Below the pieces are notes generated by a model that was given only the letters and a program-made list of their open reading frames with translations, did no database searches and was not told the origin of the DNA. A program made the position numbers and the translations under genes. Positions 1-13,409 of a stretch of DNA of 64,000 nucleotides are shown piece by piece; position 1 is the first letter of the stretch; each line of letters starts with the position of its first letter. Origin of the DNA: the human T2T-CHM13v2.0 reference genome, Homo sapiens; the NCBI RefSeq assembly GCF_009914755.1, contig NC_060936.1; one strand, given 5' to 3'.

Positions 1-7
1 TCTGGGG

Positions 8-464
8 TGTGAACCTAGAAAATCTGAAGCAGGTCTCAGTTAATTTAGAAAGTTTATTTTGCCAAGGTTGAGGACGCGCCCGGGACCCAGCCTCAGGAAG
101 TCCTGATGACATGTGCCCAAAGTGGTCGGGCACAGGTTGGTTTTACACATTTTAGGGAGACATGAGACATTAATCAATATGGGTAAGAAGTATATTGTTT
201 CCTTCTGGAAAGACGGCACAACTGGAAGCAAAGGCGGGAAGACTCGAAGTGGGGAGGGGGCTTCCAGGTCACAGGTAGATTAGACACAAATGGTTACATT
301 CTTTGGAGTTTCTGATTAGCCTTTCCAAAGGAGGCAGATCAGATATGCATCTATCTCAGGGAGCCGAGGAGTGGCTTTGAATAGAATGGGGCAGGTTTGC
401 CCGAGCAGTTCCTAGCTTGACTTTTCCTGAGTGATTTTGGGGCCCAAGATATTCTCCTTTTCCA
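8..464 (-). mobile_element. MER4A/MER4A1-type ERV1 solo LTR
   Basis: Reverse complement follows the recalled MER4A consensus (…ATCTTGGGCCCCAAAATCACT…CTTGGCAAAATAAACTTTCTAAATTAACTGAGACCTG…GTTCACA) with TG…CA ends and no adjacent internal sequence. Clearly homologous to the LTR at 44279-44724. Confidence 0.85.
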
Positions 465-678
465 AGGGGAAGGGAGTTAGGGCCAGCATCCGTGGTCAGG
501 AGGCTGCCTCTGTTCCCACAGCTCCTGTCCTTAGCACTGCCCACACCCCATGAACTCAGGGCCCACCGTAGGGCGGAAGCTGTGTCATCCTTGCTCGCAC
601 CTGCACCCGTCACCTGGTGAGCGGCACTGGAGACACAGCCCTGAGTGTGGGCATGGACTCCCCAGGGCCTCAGCATCC

Positions 679-1245
679 TGCTGTGCAGGTCACCTCCAGG
701 ACACCAGTGTCGTCTCTGCTGTGCTGTGGGGTCACCTCCAGCTCAGCCTGGGGACTCAGGACACCAGTGTCGTCTCTGCTGTGCTGTGGGGTCACCTCCA
801 GCTCAGCCTGGGGACTCAGGACACCAGTGTAGCCTCTGCTCTCCTGCGGGGTCACCTCCAGCCTAGCCTGGGACTCGGGACACCAGTGTAGCCTCTGCTC
901 TGCTGTGGGGTCACCTCTGGCTCAGCCCGGGGACTTGGGACACCAGTGTTGTCCCAGCTCTGCTGCGGGGTCACCTCCAGCCTAGCCCAGGACTCGGGAC
1001 ACCAGTGTTGTCTCTGCTCTGCTGTGGGGTCACCTCCAGCCTAGCCCAGGACTCGGGACACCAGTGTTGTCTCTGCTCTGCTGTGGGGTCACCTCCAGCC
1101 TAGCCCGGGACTCAGGACACCAGTGTAGCCTCTGCTCTGCTCTGGGGTCACCTCCAGTCCAGCCCGGGGACTCGGGACACCAGTGTAGCCTCTGCTGTGC
1201 TGTGGGGTCATCTCCGGCTCAGCCCAGGACTCGGGACACCAGTCC
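679..1245. repeat. 59-60 bp GC-rich minisatellite, about 9.5 copies
   Basis: Unit GGACACCAGTGTAGCCTCTGCTCTGCTGTGGGGTCACCTCCAGCCTAGCCCGGGACTC repeats directly (lines 721 and 781 are in register). Confidence 0.95.
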
Positions 1246-1964
1246 TGAGTCACGCAGGGCTTGTTGCCTGTGCTCTGCTGCTGTAACTTCCAGCTTCAGC
1301 TGCAGGAGGAGGAGGAGTTGGGACATCAGGAAAAAGGAATTGAGCTCCTTTGTAGAAAAGCTCAGAGGTTTCCAGAACGCAAAGCAGGCCTCCTGCCTCA
1401 GAGCACACCCTGCAGTTAGAATAGCAAAGCACTGGCTTCCTGAACCCCAGCCCCAGTGGGCGCTCTGCCTTGGGGAGCAGCAGACTCCAGGCTTCAGGGT
1501 GAGAACTCTCTTCTCTGCTTGCATTATAAATGTGGATCTAACAATTACAGCTGATTAGCATGCAAAAGACAAACATTTGGCAGAGGCTCCTTTCACCTCT
1601 AATGGTTCCCATCTGAGCTGCCCAAATGGTCGCCTGGCACCTGATTTGAGTGGGCCCAGGGGGTTTGCTCTGCCCCACGGCTGCAGGGGGGAGATGGGGG
1701 AGGCCCGTGAGGGAGGCAGCAGCTGGAGCCCAGAGGACTCCAGGCCTGTGGTTCCTTCTGTCCGAGGCCCCAGGTTTGCCTTTTCCCCAGGTTTCAGAGT
1801 CTTCCCGCACTTGTTGAGTGATGCCCAGGATATTTTGTCGTGAAAGGAAGGAGCCAGGAGGGCGGCACTGCTCTGTCTTGGCAGGAACCGGAGGACCTGT
1901 CTGGCTGATTTTTGTGTGGCTGTTGTAGCTGTAGCTTTGATGGTTGTGCTTAGGTTTTGGGGTA

Positions 1965-4484
1965 CAGCAAGGTCACTCGGTGTACTGTCACCCAGCCCAT
2001 GAGAGCACCCAGCAAGGTCACTCGGTGTACTGTCACCCAGCCCAAGAGAGCACCCAGCAAGGTCACTCGGTGTACTGTCACCCAGCCCATGAGAGCACCC
2101 AGCAAGGTCACTCGGTGTACTGTCACCCAGCCCAAGAGAGCACCCAGCAAGGTCACTCGGTGTACTGTCACCCAGCCCATGAGAGCACCCAGCAAGGTCA
2201 CTCGGTGTACTGCCACCCAGCCCAAGAGAGCACCCAGCAAGGTCACTCGGTGTACTGCCACCCAGCATGTGAGAGCACCCAGCAAGGTCACTCGGTGTAC
2301 TGCCACCCAGCCCAAGAGAGCACCCAGCAAGGTCACTCGGTGTACTGCCACCCAGCATGTGAGAGCACCCAGCAAGGTCACTCGGTGTACTGTCACCCAG
2401 CCCAAGAGAGCACCCAGCAAGGTCACTCGGTGTACTGTCACCCAGCCCATGAGAGCACCCAGCAAGGTCACTCGGTGTACTGTCACCCAGCCCAAGAGAG
2501 CACCCAGCAAGGTCACTCGGTGTACTGCCACCCAGCCCATGAGAGCACCCAGCAAGGTCACTCGGTGTACTGCCACCCAGCCCATGAGAGCACCCAGCAA
2601 GGTCACTCGGTGTACTGTCACCCAGCCCATGAGAGCACCCAGCAAGGTCACTCGGTGTACTGCCACCCAGCCCAAGAGAGCACCCAGCAAGGTCACTCGG
2701 TGTACTGCCACCCAGCCCAAGAGAGCACCCAGCAAGGTCACTCGGTGTACTGCCACCCAGCATGTGAGAGCACCCAGCAAGGTCACTCGGTGTACTGTCA
2801 CCCAGCATGTGAGAGCACCCAGCAAGGTCACTCGGTGTACTGCCACCCAGCCCAAGAGAGCACCCAGCAAGGTCACTCGGTGTACTGCCACCCAGCCCAA
2901 GAGAGCACCCAGCAAGGTCACTCGGTGTACTGCCACCCAGCATGTGAGAGCACCCAGCAAGGTCACTCGGTGTACTGCCACCCAGCCCAAGAGAGCACCC
3001 AGCAAGGTCACTCGGTGTACTGCCACCCAGCCCATGAGAGCACCCAGCAAGGTCACTCGGTGTACTGTCACCCAGCCCAAGAGAGCACCCAGCAAGGTCA
3101 CTCGGTGTACTGTCACCCAGCCCATGAGAGCACCCAGCAAGGTCACTCGGTGTACTGCCACCCAGCCCAAGAGAGCACCCAGCAAGGTCACTCGGTGTAC
3201 TGCCACCCAGCCCAAGAGAGCACCCAGCAAGGTCACTCGGTGTACTGCCACCCAGCATGTGAGAGCACCCAGCAAGGTCACTCGGTGTACTGTCACCCAG
3301 CATGTGAGAGCACCCAGCAAGGTCACTCGGTGTACTGTCACCCAGCCCAAGAGAGCACCCAGCAAGGTCACTCGGTGTACTGTCACCCAGCCCATGAGAG
3401 CACCCAGCAAGGTCACTCGGTGTACTGCCACCCAGCCCAAGAGAGCACCCAGCAAGGTCACTCGGTGTACTGCCACCCAGCATGTGAGAGCACCCAGCAA
3501 GGTCACTCGGTGTACTGCCACCCAGCCCAAGAGAGCACCCAGCAAGGTCACTCGGTGTACTGCCACCCAGCATGTGAGAGCACCCAGCAAGGTCACTCGG
3601 TGTACTGTCACCCAGCCCAAGAGAGCACCCAGCAAGGTCACTCGGTGTACTGTCACCCAGCCCATGAGAGCACCCAGCAAGGTCACTCGGTGTACTGTCA
3701 CCCAGCCCAAGAGAGCACCCAGCAAGGTCACTCGGTGTACTGCCACCCAGCCCATGAGAGCACCCAGCAAGGTCACTCGGTGTACTGCCACCCAGCCCAT
3801 GAGAGCACCCAGCAAGGTCACTCGGTGTACTGTCACCCAGCCCATGAGAGCACCCAGCAAGGTCACTCGGTGTACTGCCACCCAGCCCAAGAGAGCACCC
3901 AGCAAGGTCACTCGGTGTACTGCCACCCAGCCCAAGAGAGCACCCAGCAAGGTCACTCGGTGTACTGCCACCCAGCATGTGAGAGCACCCAGCAAGGTCA
4001 CTCGGTGTACTGTCACCCAGCATGTGAGAGCACCCAGCAAGGTCACTCGGTGTACTGCCACCCAGCCCAAGAGAGCACCCAGCAAGGTCACTCGGTGTAC
4101 TGCCACCCAGCCCAAGAGAGCACCCAGCAAGGTCACTCGGTGTACTGCCACCCAGCATGTGAGAGCACCCAGCAAGGTCACTCGGTGTACTGCCACCCAG
4201 CCCAAGAGAGCACCCAGCAAGGTCACTCGGTGTACTGCCACCCAGCCCATGAGAGCACCCAGCAAGGTCACTCGGTGTACTGTCACCCAGCCCAAGAGAG
4301 CACCCAGCAAGGTCACTCGGTGTACTGTCACCCAGCCCATGAGAGCACCCAGCAAGGTCACTCGGTGTACTGCCACCCAGCCCAAGAGAGCACCCAGCAA
4401 GGTCACTCGGTGTACTGCCACCCAGCCCAAGAGAGCACCCAGCAAGGTCACTCGGTGTACTGTCACCCAGCATGTGAGAGCACC
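1965..4484. repeat. 45-bp VNTR, 56 copies, six unit variants
   Basis: Unit CAGCAAGGTCACTCGGTGTACTG[T/C]CACCCAGC[CCAT/CCAA/ATGT]GAGAGCACC; 2520 bp = 56 x 45 with no indels; gives the 15-aa periodic ORFs in the track. Confidence 0.98.
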
Positions 4485-7245
4485 CGTGCACCCTGATCCA
4501 GCCCCTCGGTCAGGTCCCACTGCCCTGACAGCTCCCTGATGTGGATGCCACAATGAGAGGCGTGTCCACAGCAAACGGAAAATGGGCTGGGATCCCTGTG
4601 GTCACTTGTTCGCTTTTCGGGGCTGGCAGCTGGGGTGTGTTCTTAGGGGTGATCTGCAGCTCCAAGCCGGACTCTCTAGCCATAGCTCACAGTAGCACGT
4701 GCGCGGTCACTCTCAGGCAGGAGCCACAGCACAGCCTCAAGGTGCTGCTGCCCATCTGTCTGACAGCCTCAGAGCAGAGACACGGATGGTCTGGTCGATC
4801 CCGAAACAGCTACAAAGGCCCCTAGGACCATCCGCTCCAGGACCGTGGCAGAGGGGATCAGTCCAAAGTTTCACAAGCCCTGAAACAACCACCAGCTCCT
4901 CAGGGCACCCACAGTGTGGGGAGAGGGAGAGGGGAAGGGAGAGGAGCTCCTCCCCAGAGGCCAGGGTCTTCTCTTCAACCGAGCTCTGTCCCCTTCCACC
5001 CAGGACCCTCCCAGCCTCTTAGAGGGGCCTTGAGTGATGGGGGAGGGGAGCCAGCAGGAGCAGCTTCACACAGGGCTTCTGCTCATGGGGAGCCTCAGAG
5101 GAGGGCGTCCCCCAGAAGCCGCATCCTTGGGGGGTAACTGGAGGACACAGGCAGGTGCTGCTTGCAGCCCGTGGGGTGTGGGCGAGACCCCAAGGCCTCC
5201 AGACACGCATAAGTTAGAAGGAGGGGGTGTCTGGGTTCTGTGGGCCTATGGCCAGGCTTTCTCCTGCTGGGAGTCACTTCCATCAGGGTGGGGAACGGGC
5301 TCTGTCTGACATGAGGCTCAGGACCCCTCAGGCGCCTGATCCTGGAAACCCTCCAGGGGCCTGTGAGCTTGACACCCAGGAATGAGCTCTCCCGGGGGTG
5401 AAAGCCATTTTCCACCCACCCCCACCTCCCATCCAGTGCTGCCCTTTAGGAGTCTCTGCCTGGGGTCGGGGGTGAGGCAGGCAGGGCTGCACTTGCAATT
5501 TGCAGACAAGAGCCCCCTCCAGGGAGGCTGCTCTGACCCCACGGGAACCCAGGATTCAGCTCAGAGCTCCTCTTCCTGGTACTTTAGTGAAACTCCCCAG
5601 TGCTCCAAGGGTGCAAACCTGCAGCGACTGCTCCCATCCCAGGGCCACATCAGGCTGGGGAAGATGAGGTGGCCATCTGTTCCCCTGAGCGCCTTGGTGA
5701 TTTATGTTAGAGATTTGCAGAATCTCCCTGAAATTTGCTTAAAAATGTTATTTGCCCCAACTTTACTGAACTCTCATTAGAGCAATCAATCCATACGCTT
5801 TGCATAAACCTTTGATCTTATAAGAAATAAGAATGCTGGAACTAGGACCATTTTGACTATTTCTTAACATCTAAGCTTAACTAACTTAAATAATTCAGTA
5901 GGTGGCCATAGAAAACCTGGAGACATTTCTACCTAAGGACAACACATTCAAAGACTTATGGGTTATTTATTCCTTTAATTTCCCCTCAAATACAGCCATA
6001 CATCCATATTACGTGGTTTTAATGAATATTTATTTCTCAAATGAAATATGTGGCTGTTCGGATTTTCTAATGAAAGGCAGGGGAGGAGGGAGGCTCAGCC
6101 TTTTGTAGGCTCTACCGGCTCCGACAGCCCCAGATGCTCCCAGAGCCCCCAGCGCAGGAGGCCCTGACCCATCAGGGTCTGCAGGGGGCTCTAGAGAAAG
6201 GAGTGTCGGCCCCTCACCTCACGGGGAGCAGAAGCCAATGAGGGTAGCAAAGGTGCTCCCACCACCTGCTGGGGTGCGCTGCACTTCACAGTTTGCAGGG
6301 GCCACGCTGTGTCTAGCAGGGCTGGGGTGCAAGGAGTTAGCTCTCAGTCTCCTTCAGCCTCCCATACCTCAGGTACCTGGAAAATGGGCGCAGGTGTCAC
6401 GGGGTGGGTCCTGCCCCATAGGAGGAGCCCACAAGTCATTACCTGTGGCCTCAGCATCAGGGACACAGACTCTGTGCTTAAATCTGGAGGTCATATGAGG
6501 ACAGTGCCTTCCCCTCAACCAGCATCACCACGATGGGATTTTGGAGAGCGGCTGGGGGCTATGCACCTCTGATTTTCTTATTGCCCTCTTTCTCCATCTC
6601 CCAGCTTCCAGCTCCCTCCTCTTAGGATCACGGAGTCTCTCTTTCCTTCCACATCTGCACCTCATTCCTTATTTATGTGAGATTCTCCAAAGGCAGAGCT
6701 ACAGAGCGGGAAATCGGTTTTTGGAACAGACCTTCCGCCATGAATTTTCAGGGTGACTTGCATGGAATGTCCATTGGTAGAAATGGAGATTTCCTTTCCT
6801 GTGAGGAGATGTTTCCCTGCACAGTCTGGGTGCTGAATCCCAGTCGGGCCCTCTCCAGGGGCAGTCAGGGGACACACCAACGGTGTCAGCAGTGTTTCCA
6901 TGGCACCCGTTCCCTTCTGAGGCCTGGGGCAGTAGGACCACGAGAGGGGTCTGGGGCAACTGACACAGCTCCGTGGGGTCCCCCGGGTTGCTGGAGCCTC
7001 GAAGTCTGGAGTCCTCGTCCCTCAACCCTCCTGGACTCAGAGGCAGTGTCTGGTGCAGGTTGATGCATGGGCTTTAGAGTCTGGGAAACCTGGGATTGAG
7101 CCCCAGGCGTCCCTCGTGTCATGCAGGTGCATCTGTGCCCCTGGAGGGTGAGTATGAAATGGAACAAGGCAACAGGAGACCTAGCCCAGTTCTAGGCACT
7201 TAATAGGCAGGAATACATGGCAGGTGTCCTCAAGAGAGATGCAGG

Positions 7246-7717
<472 letters not shown>

Positions 7718-7769
7718 TCAGTGAGTAGGGAGGGGGAACTGAGAGACCCAGGGTTCCAAGCCCCCAGGG

Positions 7770-7870
7770 CAAGCTCCATTGAACTTCACTTACAAAGCAC
7801 AAATTCAAACATAAAATTAAGAATTTCACGATCTTTGCAGCCTGACTGCAGGGCCTCTGGGCATGGAGGG
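7770..7870 (-). mobile_element. Possible hAT-Tip100 DNA transposon fragment (MER91/MER115-like)
   Basis: CACTTACAAAGCACAAATTCAAACATAAAATTAAGAATTTCA resembles the recalled MER91/MER115 sequence in antisense; short and diverged. Confidence 0.35.
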
Positions 7871-8026
7871 AGCTGCTGACCATCAGACGCATCTGCGCCA
7901 GACTCGAGTGAGAGACCCACCTAAGTCACAAAGCTGAGTGCTGGGGGGGCTCCAGCAGCCTCGCCCTAACTGGGACAGTGCCACTGTTGTGATTCCCATT
8001 CTACAGAGCAGGAAACGCACAGAAAG

Positions 8027-8122
8027 CTGGGTAGCGTTCCTGGGTAGCGTTCCTGGGTGGCGTTCCTGGGTGGCGTTCCTGGGTGGCGTTCCTGGGTGGC
8101 GTTCCTGGGTGGCGTTCCTGGG
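8027..8122. repeat. 13-bp tandem repeat (CTGGGTRGCGTTC), about 7 copies
   Basis: Directly visible tandem units. Confidence 0.92.
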
Positions 8123-9228
8123 GTACTCGGGAGGGAGACGGAGAGCCAGGCTTGCTTGCACCCAGGTGGCTGGGTCTGCTAAGATCCCTGCTGGCCACGC
8201 AGTGAGCTCAGTGTCGTTGTCACCATCCTCGACGTCAGCCCCACAAGGAGGGTGCTGCCCGACATCCCAGCCTCCCGCTGCGGAAGAGAGAGGTTTGGTA
8301 AAGAAGGAACAGGTCTCAGAGTCCCAGCCTGTGGGCTCTGGGGAGGGGATTAGAAATGGCGCTTCCAGAGTGCCTGGAAGGAGCGAAGCAGCTGCCAGTG
8401 TCATTGTCATTATCTATGTTGAGGATGACACAACAATGCCCTCGATGACGTTGAAAGGCTGTTTCCAGACTCAGGGGCTCCCCGCCTCGCTCAGTTGAGG
8501 ACCTGCCCTGGCCGCAGCCCACCCTCAGCCCTCAGCAGAGCTGGGGCCTGGGCAGCTCTGCCGTCTTCTTCCAGAGGGGCGCTGGAAGAAGCTCCCGAGG
8601 ATGAAGTCTCGGCCGTCTTCATCCTCGGGCGCTGAGGGTCAGCCCAGGTCCCAGTGTGTCCCAACCCTGGGCGTGGGTTCACCCACGTGAGTGGCAGAGT
8701 CAGACAGCACCCCCAAGGGTGGGAGGAGCCCTTCCCGGGCAGGAGTGTGCCCCATTGCAGCTCCATTTGGAGGGAGACTTAACATGTTCTGACATGCAAT
8801 AGGCTTTCTCTTCAACTCTTCCAAGACCTGGGCATTGATTATTCTCGTCTGCAGGCTGAAGGACTGGGCTCTGGAGCAGAGATGCAGAAATCGAGGTGGC
8901 GGCCGCTGACCCATCGGTGCAGGAGAGAAGCTCTGGAGCCCATGGGTGGGACGAAGGTGGTGGGGACACAGAGCTGCCCCCAGGCCTGGGCCCTGCTCAC
9001 CTCCTAGCGCCAGGCACGGCCCCACCCAGAAATCCACAGACAAAGACGAGGCTCTCCAGGGGAATGTGCTCACCCTAAGGGTGGTCCCGCTGAAGACTGG
9101 CACAGACTTGGCTTCTGTCCCACACCAGGTCCAGCCTGGACCGTTCCCAAGAGCAGAGGCTGGGAATGCCGGGAGCCAGGGGGTTCCAGGAGTGTCCCCA
9201 GGACCATCTGCCCAGTGTGGACAGAGAC

Positions 9229-9613
9229 ACAGCACATCAACAACATAACAACACAATACAACAGCTACAACCATACAATACCAGCACCATACCCCAACAT
9301 AACACAAAACAACACCACACACCACACCATCAGCACCAGTGCATCAAGATAACACAACAACATAATACAACAGCAAGAACATCTACAACCATATACACCA
9401 CACATCACACCATGAAAACAACCCCAAACTGCACCACACACCACAGCACACCACAACGTAACACAACATCAACAATATTCACCACACACCACATCACCAC
9501 ACCAACAACATAACTCAAAACACCACCACACACCACACCATGACATCACAACACAGCATCAACCACACAACACACCACAACGCCATGACCGCAGCACCAC
9601 AACACAACACCCC
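9229..9613. repeat. CA-rich low-complexity tract (CAA/CAC/CACA)
   Basis: Degenerate ACACC/ACAAC composition. Confidence 0.85.
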
Positions 9614-11039
9614 ATGTGGTTCTGTCAAGGGTGCCCCAGCCCAGACATGCTGGATGAGAAGGAACTCGGTTACAGACGACAAGGACACTCCGGCCTCGCT
9701 GGGGCTGAGCGCTTCCCTCCTGGGGCTCCCTCCACATCTTGTCCTGACCCCCCGTCGCCTCCTGGGGCAGAGCATTCTCTTCTCTTCTCTCCTCTCTTCT
9801 CCTCTCCCCTCCCCTCCGCTCCCCTCCCCTCTCCTCGGGTTAGTCCAGTGGCTGCCTCGGGGAAGGGGTATCCCAGAGACACCTGCCCATCACCCCTGGA
9901 GGCCATCGGGTAGCTCCACCTTCCTCCTCCCCTAGCCTAGGCCCCACCTCTTCCCCACCCCGACCCCTGGAGGCCATGGGGTCAGCTCCACCTTCCTCCC
10001 GCCCCAGTCTGGGCCCCACCTGTTCTCCTGCCTCCCCCGTCCTTTAGAAGCAGAGGAGGCTGTGAGGATCCAGCACCCACAAGTGAGCTCCGTGCTCCCT
10101 TCCCAGGGAGGGGAGGGGAACCCCCACCTGATGTCACCCTCTTTCAATGACTAGGCTTTTAGTGTGTGATTAAACCAGCGGGATTGAGCGATTGTTCTTG
10201 GGCAGTTTCTCGACCGTCACCCACGACTCTCCTGGTGTCCACTGCAACCATCTCAACACAGAAGCCCTGGCAGGTGCCGCGCGGCCCATGTCTTGGGGAC
10301 TGAGCCCAGGTGTGCAGGTTCAGGCTCTTGGTGGGAAGAGCCAGGGACAGACATCAGCAACTAATGCAGAAACTAACCCACAGGCAGGGCGCCGGGAGGT
10401 CCAGGCTTCGGGACACAGGCCCTTCTGAGCCTCCCTCCCCCACCCGAGGTTCGGCGTCATCGTCACCACAGAGGCAGCCCCGGGTGCAGCAGGGACATTT
10501 ATGTCCTAACCAGCAGGATGGAAGGGCATGTGGCTCCCTCGGATAAGTCAGGGCTCTCCCCGGAGAAGACGACAAGGACGTGTGGTGAGCACGTGCTCAC
10601 GGCAGTGCCAGAGCCCAGCACTAGAGCCAGGTTCGCTCTGCTCTTCTCCATGGCGCTGAAGCACACCTTTGTGTCACCACGGTTTTCTGTGGTGTGACAA
10701 GTAATGTTTTTCCAAATACCCAGGCGTCACAGGTTGGGAATGTTTTACTTTTTAATAAATAAAAGGTCATTAGAGTAATTGATGGTGGGTGACTTCACCC
10801 TTGCTACATTCAGACGCGCTGTGTCACCAGAGAGGAGGGCTGGGGTCACAGCTGGCAGGACAAATGCCTGGCTTGGCTGTCCACAGTCAGGAGAGGGCAA
10901 ACAGCTGGGAGCAGTTCTCTGCAGAGCATCAGAAACCCTGATGCCAATCAGCAGATGCCCGGGAATGTGTTGGCTCACATAGTGAAGAAATCTAGATTAT
11001 TCTAGCTGGTTCTGGCCTCTAGAGACATCTCCAGGAAGT

Positions 11040-11275
11040 TCTCTCTCTCTCTGTGTGTGTCACAAATTCCACTCCTCTCTCTCTCTTTCTCCCCCTGCTG
11101 TCTCCTGCTCTCTCTCTCTTTCTCTCTCTGTCTCTCTCACCCCTGCTCTCTCCTGCTCTCTCTCTCCCCCCCAACTTTCTCCTCTCTCTCTCACTCCTTC
11201 TCTCTCTCTCTCTTTCCACCACCCCCCCCCCCCACCCCCGGCTCTCTCCTGCTCTCTCTCTCTCTGGCTCTCAGC
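11040..11275. repeat. CT-rich polypyrimidine tract with poly-C run
   Basis: (CT)n interspersed with CTCCTGCTCTCTC; C-run at 11222-11233. Confidence 0.9.
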
Positions 11276-12324
11276 TCTTCCCTCCTGTGCTGCTTCCATC
11301 TCAGGCCCCACATGCTGTCCCCTGGGAGCCCCGGAATCCCCTCTGGCTGTGACCCCATCAATGCTGCAGCACCTCCCAGCTCACCTGTGCTTAAGAAAGA
11401 GCACAGGCCTTCCCCAGTAGCTTCTGCAGTAGTCCTGATCTTGCTCTGATTGGCCCTGATGAGGTCATGTGACCCATACCCCACAGAGTGCTGTCCTAGG
11501 GAGGATGTCTGTTTACTATGTGGGCCCCATCACGTGATTTACGTGTACAAAAAGGCGAGGGCCCCACCTGGCCCAAAGGGACAGAATGTGGGGAGGGGCA
11601 GCCCACAGGGAGAGCCAAGAGCACCAGGGGAGGCAGGGGAGGGGCTGGGGAGGAGCCTCGTGTCCGGGTGGTGAGTCCTTCACAGCAGAGCCGTCCATCC
11701 TGGTGTTCAGGGGCTGCCGTCTCTATTCACTCCCCGGTGGAACCTTTCTGGGCTTGTCGAGTCCGCATCAGCCCCCAGGAGTGTGTCTGCCGCACACTTG
11801 ACCGGCATCCGTCATGCACAAGAAGCAGAAGAAAGGCTGAAAGCCCTGGTCTGTTTCACACCTGAGTGAAAAATTAAGTCTTTTCATCCGTGAGGACTTC
11901 AGTCCTGGAGTAACGACCCGGGCCGCTGGACTCCCGAGGGGGCTTCCGTCTGCTCCATCACTCAGGACCCCAATCCCAGAGCTGAGACGGGGCAGGCCCT
12001 GATTTTTCCTGCAGTGCGTCTACCGCAATTTATTGCCCAGGATTAATGCTGAGGCTGTTTTCCTGCTTGTGACTGAGAGCGTGCAGACAGACCAAGACGG
12101 AGAGGTTTTCCCGACATCGACCAGGGCGGCTCTGCTCCCAGCATCGCGAACGGTGGCACCTGCGTCTGGAAGAGAAGCTCTGCAGGCTGGGATTCGGGGA
12201 AGGGGGCGCTGGAGCTTCCTGGGAGAGGCGGGCAGGACTCCCCAACCTGGGAACAGTCAGAGGCAAGAGCTCAGCTCCAGGTCGGGCAGGCCGGCGCCTG
12301 GATTCCACACTCACAACCGTGCGG

Positions 12325-12400
12325 CTCAGGCCTCAGTTTACCCACCTGTAAAATGCAGATAACTGTCGTATTGACACGATCGCCTTGTGAGGGCAAATGA
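12325..12400. mobile_element. MIR fragment
   Basis: GCCTCAGTTTACCCACCTGTAAAATGCAGATAA resembles the MIR core (GCCTCAGTTTCCTCATCTGTAAAATGGGGATAA). Confidence 0.5.
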
Positions 12401-13409
12401 GGCAGTCCTGTGAAGATGGCGTGGACGCATCACGGCTGTCGATCATGAGTAATATTGATATAATACAACCACGTAGGGTTGGGTACTGTTGTTAATGCCA
12501 CTGAGGATGTTTTTATTGATTATTTTGAAGCCCCGCTGTGAATCTACCCTTTTACCTGATCCTAAATCTCTCCTGCTGCTGCAAAGCTACCCTGAGACAC
12601 ACCCAGGAGGTGGGTTCTGGGTTCTGGAGCCCCGTCACCCGGCCAGGTCAAGGGACGGAGCTGAAGGTCAGGCACCCCTGCGTCCCCTCCCTACGCTCCC
12701 GCCCCTCAGCCCACGTCCCACAGTCCAGACCCCGCACCTCCCCCTCCCCTTTCCTTTTTCCTCCCATGAGACCCATCTCTCCTGCCCCTCCCTGGCCTCC
12801 ACCCCGTGCTCAGGGTTCAACACTGTCCTCCGATTCCCTCCACGTTTCCCTCCTTCCTCCCTGGGCCCCCATCATCCACAGCAGACACCCCTCAGCCGCC
12901 GCCCCACCTCCTGCTCCTGGCTGCCCGCGTCCCGTGAGGACCCTGCTCCTGGACCCCAGCGATACATGTCCTCCCGCTTCTCTCCCTCTCATCGGCCCCT
13001 CCCAGGAGCCCCCTTCCCAGTGTTACCTCTTGGCTCCAGCTTCTTCCAACCAAACCCTGAACTCCATCCAGAGCGGAGCTGCTGCCCTGCTCCAGAGTCC
13101 ATCTGGTCAACCCAAGTCAACCCCTGAGACCCACCCCTGCGGGGCAGCCACATCCCGAGTGCGGAGAGCACGGTTGGCTTATCTGGGACACACGCTTACT
13201 GGCTTGTTCTGTGTGATCGGGGATTGGGTCTAGGGGCCTGTGGGGATTTGGGTCCCAGGGTGGCTCTCATCTGACCTACCCCACATTCCAGCTGCCAGCC
13301 ACATGGGCTGTGCAGAGGTGACTGCATGGTCCTCCCAGGCCACTCCATTGTCCTCAGTGAGGCTGTGCCTGGGAGGTGACAATGATCACAGACGGGGCAC
13401 GTATGGCAT

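Noticed and set aside
1965-4484. CRISPR-like array
   Set aside because: No unique spacers and no cas genes; head-to-tail minisatellite in human DNA.
1555-4574. Mucin-like or repeat protein CDS (850-978 aa ORFs)
   Set aside because: Four frames on both strands are open simply because the 45-bp unit lacks stops; no signal peptide, domain or exon context.
9890-10006. Short diverged duplication (ACCCCTGGAGGCCAT…AGCTCCACCTTCCTCC x2); similar small one at 58887-58950
   Set aside because: Ordinary two-copy local duplications with no further structure.
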